A DNA stretch of 64,000 bases from Capsulimonadaceae bacterium (lineage in GTDB: Bacteria; Armatimonadota; Armatimonadia; Armatimonadales; Capsulimonadaceae): NCBI GenBank assembly GCA_965215505.1, contig OZ244065.1, positions 192,001 to 256,000 on the forward strand, given 5' to 3'. Both the position numbers and the translations under genes were made by a program. The notes beneath the pieces are model-generated. The model ran no database searches, was not told where the DNA came from, and worked only from the letters and a program-made list of their open reading frames with translations. The first letter of the stretch is position 1; each line of letters opens with the position of its first letter. Of the stretch, positions 55,593 through 64,000 are shown piece after piece.

Positions 55593-55750
55593 CGAGTGAT
55601 TGAAATCACTCGCTGACGCAGGATTTGTCCAAGGGACAAGGGGAGCGGTGGAGCCGCCGGCCTGTTCCCCCTCCGGCCTTCTCCCGGTGTTCCTTTCCCT
55701 CTTCTGTCCCTTGGACAGGTCCGCGCGGAGCGAGTGATTTCAATCACTCG
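55593..55750. repeat. 158-bp element with palindromic inverted ends
   Basis: CGAGTGATTGAAATCACTCG (55593-55612) and its exact reverse complement (55731-55750); inner IR TGTCCAAGGGACA/TGTCCCTTGGACA; variant copy at 56076-56096. Confidence 0.75.
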
Positions 55751-55811
55751 GCTTCCACCGGCAGGTAAAGCAGAGGTAACAAGATTGTGGCAGGTGAGCG
55801 GGACACCGAGC

Positions 55812-56051
55812 GTGTCCCTCCGACTGACGCGCGCAGGCACGGTTTCCATTGATCCGCAGCGGCGAAGCGGAGTACCATGTTTCGCGGGCACCCGTCTTCC
55901 GATCCATGACCTGTTCGACTATCTCGCGGGGAGCGAGCCATTAGGAAGCTTCCTGGAGAGCTTCCCTAGCGTGTCACGCGAACAGGCCGAAAGGGTGCTG
56001 GTGCTGGCCGAAGACAGGCTGTTCGATGGGCTTTTGGCGGGAGGCACCTGA
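55812..56051 (+). CDS. DUF433 domain protein (orphan antitoxin-like), start uncertain
   Basis: IDPQRRSGVPCFAGTRLPI..LFDYL...FLESFPSVSREQ. Confidence 0.7.
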   Translation: MSLRLTRAGTVSIDPQRRSGVPCFAGTRLPIHDLFDYLAGSEPLGSFLESFPSVSREQAERVLVLAEDRLFDGLLAGGT

Positions 56052-56108
56052 GCCGCAGCCCGCCGAGCCGAGAGACGAGTGGTTTTCAACCACTCGATAC
56101 CTCATCAT

Positions 56109-57425
56109 CTACTCCCCCGCCATGACCACCGCGACCGGCATCATCCGTGCCAGCGGCGTCACCAGCCCTGCCTCCACCTGGATCTTTAGAACGCGCTCGA
56201 TGTCCTTGTAGGCGGGCGGCGCTTCCTCCGCCGACAGGCCCTCCACCAGAATATCCTGCTCTTTTAACCGCCGCCGCACTTCCCCCAGGCTGATCTCATC
56301 CCGGACCGACGTCCGGCTGCCCACGCGGCCCGCGCCGTGGGAGGCGGAGTGCAGGGCTTCGGGAACGCCCTCGCCGCGCACCAGGTAGGACGCGCTCCCC
56401 ATGCTGCCGGGGATGACGCCCAGGACGCCCTTCTCGGCGGGCGTCGCGCCCTTGCGGTGGATGACCCGGTCGGCACCGTCCCGCCAGGCGAAGTTGTGGT
56501 CGTTCTGGACTGTCGCCATGGGCGTCAGCCCGGAGCGGCGGGCGAACGCCGCGTGGATGACCTCGTGATTTGCCCGCGCGAAGTCCCCGGCCAGCTCCAT
56601 CGCCGCCCAGTATTCCCGCCCCGCGTCCTCATCCAGACTCAGCCACTCGTACATCTTCGGGACCCGCGCCGTCCGTGCCGTTTCCAAGGCCGCCAGCCGC
56701 ATGTAGTGGTTCGCGAGGGCGTAGCCGACCCCGCGCGAGCCGCTGTGCGTCAGCAGGCCGCCGAACGTCTCGGGCAGGCCGCTCTCCGCGTCCAGCCGCT
56801 CCCCGACCACCAGCTCGGCGAAGTGGTTGCCGCTGCCGCTCGTCCCGATCTGCCGCCGCGCCTTGTCGCGCAGGCCGCGCGTCTGACCGGTCAACGCCCA
56901 GCGTCCTTTGTCCAGGACGGCATGGTCGGCGGGCCGGGCGTTGTCCGCGCCCACGCCGAACGTCGTTACGGCCAAGAGGTCCCGGAAAAGCGTTTCGCGC
57001 CGCCCCAGGAACTCGCCGGGCGGCACGGCGAACAGGCTGAGGTGCATCCGGCAGCCGATGTCCACGCCGACCATGGCGGGCGAGACGGCCCGGTGGGCGG
57101 CGAAGACCCCGCCGATGGGCAGGGCGTACCCGACATGGGCGTCCGGCATCAAGGCCCCTTCCAGGGCGATGGGCAGCCGCAGGGCGAGTTCCAGTTGGCC
57201 GACGGCGACCGGCGAGATGTCCGCGCCGACCTCCCCATAGACGTGGAACGGCGCGGGGGCGTCGCGCAGGGTCTGGACCGGCTCGGAGCGGCCGTATTCG
57301 GCTTCGAGGGCCGCCAGTATCTCCGGCTCGGCGGCCCCGGCCTTCTTCATGGCGGCGGCCCGGACGGACATCTGCCTCCACCTCTTGTCGCCCTTCCAGG
57401 GGCGTAGTAGCGTGTTGACTTTCAT
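56109..57425 (-). CDS. rtcB: RtcB family RNA ligase
   Basis: MPDAH.GY..PIG, VGVDIGC, GNHF, HSGSRG, HN, HRKGAT, PGSMG, SHGAGR, EEAPPAYK. Confidence 0.92.
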   Translation of the reverse strand: MKVNTLLRPWKGDKRWRQMSVRAAAMKKAGAAEPEILAALEAEYGRSEPVQTLRDAPAPFHVYGEVGADISPVAVGQLELALRLPIALEGALMPDAHVGYALPIGGVFAAHRAVSPAMVGVDIGCRMHLSLFAVPPGEFLGRRETLFRDLLAVTTFGVGADNARPADHAVLDKGRWALTGQTRGLRDKARRQIGTSGSGNHFAELVVGERLDAESGLPETFGGLLTHSGSRGVGYALANHYMRLAALETARTARVPKMYEWLSLDEDAGREYWAAMELAGDFARANHEVIHAAFARRSGLTPMATVQNDHNFAWRDGADRVIHRKGATPAEKGVLGVIPGSMGSASYLVRGEGVPEALHSASHGAGRVGSRTSVRDEISLGEVRRRLKEQDILVEGLSAEEAPPAYKDIERVLKIQVEAGLVTPLARMMPVAVVMAGE

Positions 57426-57462
57426 GGTCTCTTTATCGCCGGGGCGGGCAATTTTGCAAAGG

Positions 57463-57490
57463 AAAAGCCTCCCGCCGGATGGGCGGGAGG
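57463..57490 (-). terminator. Intrinsic terminator after the peptidase gene
   Basis: Minus strand GCCTCCCGCC-CATCC-GGCGGGAGGC followed by TTTT. Confidence 0.7.
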
Positions 57491-57522
57491 CGATATGGGG
57501 ACGGAGGAGGCGAATACGGGGC

Positions 57523-60276
57523 CTACCCGCCGGTGATCGTCAGCGGGGCCGTCTGGACCACCGACCCCAGCGTCGCCCGGATCGTCACGGTCTGGGTCGC
57601 GGGATTAGCGTAGGTGTTGATCGCGAACGTCGCGCTCGCACTGCCTGCGGGAATGACGACTGCCCGATGGAGGTGAACGATGGACGAGTCGCTGCTGGAC
57701 AGGCCGACGACGACCGTGCTGACGGCGGGGCCGTTGAGCGTGACGGTCGCGGTCACGAGGGTGCCGTCCGTGACCGGGGAGGGGAACGTCAGGGAAGCCA
57801 GGGCGATCGGGTTGACCGCGATGCTGACCGTCGCCGGGGCGCTGGTGTAGGTGCCGTTGCGGACCGTGAACGTGAAGCTGTCCGGGCCGGTGTAGCCGGC
57901 ATTCGGCGTGTAGGTCAGGTTCGGCGCGGTGCCCGACAGGGTGCCGTTCGCGGGGCCGGTGATGATGGCGTAGGACAGTGCCCGGCCATTAGGGTCCGTG
58001 CCGCTGAGTGTGACGGCGACGGGGGCGGCCTGCGTGGTGGTGACGCTCTGGGTGTTAGCTGCGGGCGTGGCCGCCGCGACGGCCTGCCCGACGGCGGCGT
58101 AGGCGTCCAGGATGCCGTACCCGGCGTCCCTGTTCGGGAGCGCGCCGAAGGCGGCATCAATCGGGATGTCCGAAGAGGTCAGCAGGCTGAACATCTTCGT
58201 GGGCTGGCCTATCAGATACGGGTCCGCCGACAGGACCAGGCCGGCGATGGCGGCGTCGTGCGGGGCGGCGGCCGAGGTGCCGTAGAAGGGGGAGAAGTTC
58301 GGCGCGTAGGACGAGACGCCGTCCGAGCCGGTCAGGACCGGCTTCTGCCGGACGACGCCGCCGGTCGAGGAGCGGTTGCCCGGCGTGTATTCCACCCCGG
58401 CCCCGCTGAAGAAGACGCGGCGCGGGCCGTCCGAGCTGAACGCCTCGGTCACGTCCGTGGACTGGAACGAGCGGTTCTGGCCGTAGGGGATGGAGGCGTC
58501 CGCGGCGGCGACGGCGTAACAGGTCGCCGCCCCGGCATGACCCACCAGGCCGAACGGTGTCGAGAGGTTCAGGAGCGCGGCCCCGTCGCTGGTCACGGCC
58601 AGATGCAGCAGGACGCCGTTGCCGCCCGCCTTGACGACGACGACGAAGTCGCCCTGATCAGCCTCGCACGCCTCGATGGGGTCCTGCGCCCCGTTCTGGG
58701 TGTTCGTGGAGGAGAACAAAATCTGAGTGAAGCTGGAGTCAAACACGAAGATGTCGTAGTCGTCCGTCGCCCCCCCCTGTGGATCGGCCCAGAAGAGGAA
58801 AACGTCCTGCTGCGGGTAGCTGCCGCTGGTCAGGACCTGGTTCCGGTAGTCGTTCGCGGCGTCGAACGCCAGCGTCGGCACACCGACATCTTTCGCGGGG
58901 CTGGTCGCGACCGGTAGGGTGACGCCGGAGGCGTTCCAGTCGCCCTCCCAGGCCGCCGTTTTCCCTTCCTGGTCCAAATTGTAGTCGTTGCCGGCCGAGG
59001 AGAAGTAGAATGCGCCCGCCGCCGAAACCGCGTCAACGGCTTGGGCGATGATGCCGTCCTGGAACGGCGGTTCATCGAAGTAGGCCGCGTCGTCTACGAT
59101 GATGTTGCAGCCGGCCTGCTGCAAGGCCTTGATGTTGGTGGCGAATTGTGCATCAGACGGGTTTGCCGTGGCGAAGTAGAGCTGTGCGCCGGGGGCGAGG
59201 CGGTGGACGATCTCCAGCATCGCCGTGCCCTCGCCCGTGCCGCCGCTCGCGCCCGACAGTACCGTCACAGGCCCGAGGCGTCCGGCCCGCTGCTCGGCGG
59301 CGAGGCCCTTCACCGTGTCGGAGAGGACGCCGATCTTGATGCCGGTCCCGTCAACGCCGAACGTCGTGCGGGCCAGCCCGGCGCGCTGGGCCAGGTCGCC
59401 CTGGGGGTCCGGAAGGCTGGTCGTCGCGGCGAACTGGGCGGCAAGCGAGGGCAGCGGAGCGTCTGCCGTGTCCCGGAGGCCAGGCTGGCCCGCCGCCTGG
59501 GCGCGACGGACACGGTCGAGCAGGGCGGGCAGGGCCGCTTTGACGCGCCCCCGGCGAGCCGCCGGCGTGGCGGCGGGAGAAGGGATGGGCAGGCCGGGGA
59601 CCAGGGGGCCGGGACGCACCGCCTTCGTGGGGAGGGTTGTGGTCCGGTGTCCGACCAGGTGCGCCGTCTCGGCGGGCCGGATGGAGCGGACGGCGGGGGA
59701 GGCGGCGACCGTCTCCAGTTGGAGGACCGGCAGGGAGGCGCGGATCGAGTTGTAGGCGGGCCAGGAGCCGACGACGGTGCCCCCGGCGGCGGCGATGCGC
59801 GCCAGCAGGTCGTCGGTGACGGTCGCCTTGATGTCAACGGAAACCATGCCGCTCGCGTCGGGCTGCGCCCTGGCGCTGACGCGGACGGTGTTTAACAGGT
59901 TCAGCGTGGCCGCGCTGAGGGTGCCCGCACCGGCAGCGCCTGCCGCCCTTGCTCCCCTCACACCGGCAGTAGCCGGGGTGGCCGGGGCTGCGGCGCGCGC
60001 GAGGATGGCGGCGCGCAGGAGGTTGGAGTCGATCTTGGCCTGCGATGGGGTGCGGGCGGCTTTCTCGGCCTCAAGCGCGGCCATCTGCGAGAGCGCATAG
60101 GCGGAAACCGGCGGCTGTGTGTCGGCGGTGGTCTTGACGGCACCCCCGGCAGTAGGAATCTGGGCGGCGGCGGGGTGGGGGGTGTTCAGGAACACCGTGA
60201 GGCCAAGAGCGGCCAATCTCAGGGCCGACGCGCGTGCGGGTCGCATTCGGTGGTTCACCTTTCTCGGAGCGGACAT
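57523..60276 (-). CDS. Secreted S8/S53-like serine peptidase with Ig-like domains
   Basis: Signal peptide, prodomain, IGVLSD, EGTAMLEIVH, SSAGN, GTSAAAPH, then YTPNAGYTGPDSFTF Ig-like repeat. Confidence 0.85.
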   Translation of the reverse strand: MSAPRKVNHRMRPARASALRLAALGLTVFLNTPHPAAAQIPTAGGAVKTTADTQPPVSAYALSQMAALEAEKAARTPSQAKIDSNLLRAAILARAAAPATPATAGVRGARAAGAAGAGTLSAATLNLLNTVRVSARAQPDASGMVSVDIKATVTDDLLARIAAAGGTVVGSWPAYNSIRASLPVLQLETVAASPAVRSIRPAETAHLVGHRTTTLPTKAVRPGPLVPGLPIPSPAATPAARRGRVKAALPALLDRVRRAQAAGQPGLRDTADAPLPSLAAQFAATTSLPDPQGDLAQRAGLARTTFGVDGTGIKIGVLSDTVKGLAAEQRAGRLGPVTVLSGASGGTGEGTAMLEIVHRLAPGAQLYFATANPSDAQFATNIKALQQAGCNIIVDDAAYFDEPPFQDGIIAQAVDAVSAAGAFYFSSAGNDYNLDQEGKTAAWEGDWNASGVTLPVATSPAKDVGVPTLAFDAANDYRNQVLTSGSYPQQDVFLFWADPQGGATDDYDIFVFDSSFTQILFSSTNTQNGAQDPIEACEADQGDFVVVVKAGGNGVLLHLAVTSDGAALLNLSTPFGLVGHAGAATCYAVAAADASIPYGQNRSFQSTDVTEAFSSDGPRRVFFSGAGVEYTPGNRSSTGGVVRQKPVLTGSDGVSSYAPNFSPFYGTSAAAPHDAAIAGLVLSADPYLIGQPTKMFSLLTSSDIPIDAAFGALPNRDAGYGILDAYAAVGQAVAAATPAANTQSVTTTQAAPVAVTLSGTDPNGRALSYAIITGPANGTLSGTAPNLTYTPNAGYTGPDSFTFTVRNGTYTSAPATVSIAVNPIALASLTFPSPVTDGTLVTATVTLNGPAVSTVVVGLSSSDSSIVHLHRAVVIPAGSASATFAINTYANPATQTVTIRATLGSVVQTAPLTITGG

Positions 60277-60414
60277 CTGTCTCGCGGCGGGCGAAAAGCT
60301 GCCGCCAAAAAATTATACTGCACAAATCGTGTAAAATGTGGAAGGAGCAGAAAAAGACCGTGATTATGATGGGCTGTTTGCCTGGATCGCTTCCTTAAAC
60401 GACGCGACTTGTTT

Positions 60415-60454
60415 TTAGCACTCTCTTGACACGAGTGCTAAAACGGAGTATACT
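60415..60454 (+). promoter_or_regulatory. CIRCE operator (HrcA) overlapping the sigma70 promoter of groESL
   Basis: TTAGCACTC-N9-GAGTGCTAA (60415-60441); TTGACA (60426-60431), 17-bp spacer, TATACT (60449-60454). Confidence 0.95.
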
Positions 60455-60525
60455 CATGCTCGGAAGTTTTCCATTTCTTGAGCGCGACACACTAAACAAG
60501 ACACCCATTGAAGGAGGTCAGACCC

Positions 60526-62500
<1,975 letters not shown>

Positions 62501-62540
62501 GCTACCCGTCCCCGACGCTAACGTCTGCGACATTGCGGCA

Positions 62541-62580
62541 AGAGAAGCCGGAGGCCGAATGGCCTCCGGCTTCTCTGTTT
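62541..62580 (+). terminator. groESL intrinsic terminator
   Basis: AGAGAAGCCGGAGGCC-GAAT-GGCCTCCGGCTTCTCT followed by GTTT. Confidence 0.85.
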
Positions 62581-62612
62581 CGCAGGGTATATTGCAAGGG
62601 AAAGACAATCTG

Positions 62613-63143
62613 GTGCAGAAATCAAGTGCTGGCTCGAAATTGATAATCGTGTGCGGTCTTCCCGGCGCAGGAAAGACGACTCACGCTAAAACGCTAAAAG
62701 AAAAGCTTGGCGCGATCCGGTTCTGCCCGGATGAATGGATGGAGATACTCTCGTTTGACTTGTACGACGAAGAAAGACGAGCGAAGATCGAAGCCCTGCA
62801 ATGGAAGTTGAGTCAGGAATTGTTAGCGGCAGGCTTTACGGTCATCATCGAGTGGGGAACATGGGGCAGATCGGAACGCGACACACTACGGCTCGGGGCG
62901 AGGGCGTTTGGTGCCGTCGTGGAGCTGCATTACCTGCCTGCTCCGATAGATGTCCTTTTCGAGCGCATTCAACGCCGGGGCACGGAAGACCCGCCGATGA
63001 CGATGGAAGATTTGCAACGATACTCTCAAAAATTCCAGGCTCCCACCGGCGAGGAAATGGCTCTCTTTGATGTATTTGAGAGCGCCGGACTAACGGAGCA
63101 TCATCAAGAGAGAGCTGTGGATAGCCTGAAATATGCCATTTGA
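62613..63143 (+). CDS. P-loop kinase-like protein (AAA_33)
   Basis: IVCGLPGAGKTT, PDEWM, EWGTWGRSER; lower GC; GTG start assumed. Confidence 0.8.
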   Translation: MQKSSAGSKLIIVCGLPGAGKTTHAKTLKEKLGAIRFCPDEWMEILSFDLYDEERRAKIEALQWKLSQELLAAGFTVIIEWGTWGRSERDTLRLGARAFGAVVELHYLPAPIDVLFERIQRRGTEDPPMTMEDLQRYSQKFQAPTGEEMALFDVFESAGLTEHHQERAVDSLKYAI

Positions 63144-63348
63144 GATCAAACAATATGTGGTCGCTTTGACCGAAGACCTGCCTCCGCATGGCCTTGTGCG
63201 CGGTCAGGTCGGGGCGATTGTCGAGCAATACTCGCCTGATGCGTTCGAGGTCGAGTTCGTGGACAACAGCGACTGTACCTACGGGCCTGTCACGCTGAAA
63301 AGCGGGCAACTCATGGTTCTACACTATGAGCCTATCCAGGTGGCGTGA
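63133..63348 (+). CDS. DUF4926 domain protein
   Basis: VVALTEDLP..GLVRGQVGAIVE...FEVEFVD..TY. Confidence 0.8.
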   Translation: MPFEIKQYVVALTEDLPPHGLVRGQVGAIVEQYSPDAFEVEFVDNSDCTYGPVTLKSGQLMVLHYEPIQVA

Positions 63349-63357
63349 ACAAGTACG

Positions 63358-63395
63358 GGAAAGCCAGGGGCCAACCGGCCTCCGGCTTTCCTCTT
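63358..63395 (+). terminator. Hairpin resembling the groEL terminator
   Basis: GGAAAGCCAGGGGCC-AACC-GGCCTCCGGCTTTCC followed by TCTT. Confidence 0.6.
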
Positions 63396-63448
63396 GTATC
63401 GGGCTATGAGGTATAATGGCTGCATCCATCGGAGAAAGGTCTACGACG

Positions 63449-63688
63449 ATGCACACACTGACTTTGGAGTTGCCCGACGACATTTATGAGCCTCTGCTCC
63501 ACAAGGCACAGCGCAGTGCCAGCACCCCGGAGGCGTTGCTGACTCGGTGGGCCATCGAGGCTGTTCAGCCCGTGCCGGACGACCCGCTTCTGAAACTGCT
63601 CGGCTCCATTGAGGGTGATGTCAGCGACGTTTCGGCCAAACACGATGACTATCTCGGGCGCTCCCTGCTGACGGACACCGGCAGATGA
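63449..63688 (+). CDS. Putative antitoxin (RHH-like)
   Basis: LTLELPDDIYEPL...DPLLKLLG...HDDYL; ATGA overlap with a PIN gene; TATAAT at 63412-63417. Confidence 0.75.
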   Translation: MHTLTLELPDDIYEPLLHKAQRSASTPEALLTRWAIEAVQPVPDDPLLKLLGSIEGDVSDVSAKHDDYLGRSLLTDTGR

Positions 63689-64000
63689 ATGAAGTCTTCG
63701 CTGACACGTCCGGCTGGGCCAGCGCGTTTGTCCGCACCGAGACCTGTTATTCCATGGCCGCCGCTTTCCTGCGGCAATGGCAGGCGGACGGAACCAGGGT
63801 CGTGACGACGAATTACGTTATCAACGAAGTCTCGGCGCTCCTCACAAGCCCGTTGCGTGTCCCTCGGCCGCAGCAAATCGCCATCCTGAACTCCATTCGG
63901 AATGCGTCCTGGGTGGAAGTCGTACACGTTGACCCGGACCTGGATGAAGCGGCTCATGCCCTGTTTCAGAACAGGCCCGACAAGCTCTGGAGCCTGGTGG
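63685..64000 (+). CDS. VapC-type PIN toxin, truncated by window end
   Basis: Read by hand: MNEVFADTSGW...VTTNYVINE...RPDKLWSLV. Confidence 0.85.
   Translation, partial: MNEVFADTSGWASAFVRTETCYSMAAAFLRQWQADGTRVVTTNYVINEVSALLTSPLRVPRPQQIAILNSIRNASWVEVVHVDPDLDEAAHALFQNRPDKLWSLV

Overview
High-GC bacterial chromosomal segment. The lineage is probably Armatimonadota, inferred from an H-X9-DG prepilin-like protein and recurrent C-terminal WPPPP tails; this was not verified by any search. Recognisable core genes are uvrB, cynS, rtcB, groES-groEL with a perfect CIRCE operator, an ANTAR two-component pair, and ABC and MFS transporters. Other loci are a polyphosphate-type operon (split CHAD pair, HhH protein, metallophosphoesterase, Ppx), a giant tandem P-type ATPase locus, and a ~17.5 kb block of unknown function (SWIM/DUF5691/MoxR-AAA/DUF5682/VWA operon, LRR-DUF6745 unit, STM4011-STM4015 radical-SAM/ATP-grasp cluster, sirtuin). 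There are three PIN toxin-antitoxin pairs, an orphan DUF433 gene and many GTAG-type REP palindromes. I saw no rRNA, tRNA, CRISPR array, integrase or transposase. The three most notable signals are: (1) a DUF3800 gene plus a convergent promoter-hairpin-U-tract ncRNA candidate, bracketed by two synonymously diverged copies of the uvrB 3' end; (2) a shared WPP(P/A)P tail on four membrane proteins; (3) an unannotated 35-aa membrane peptide behind six exactly 11-bp-periodic TTAAG boxes, divergent from the P-type ATPase operon. All product calls come from motif recognition by eye, with no database searches.
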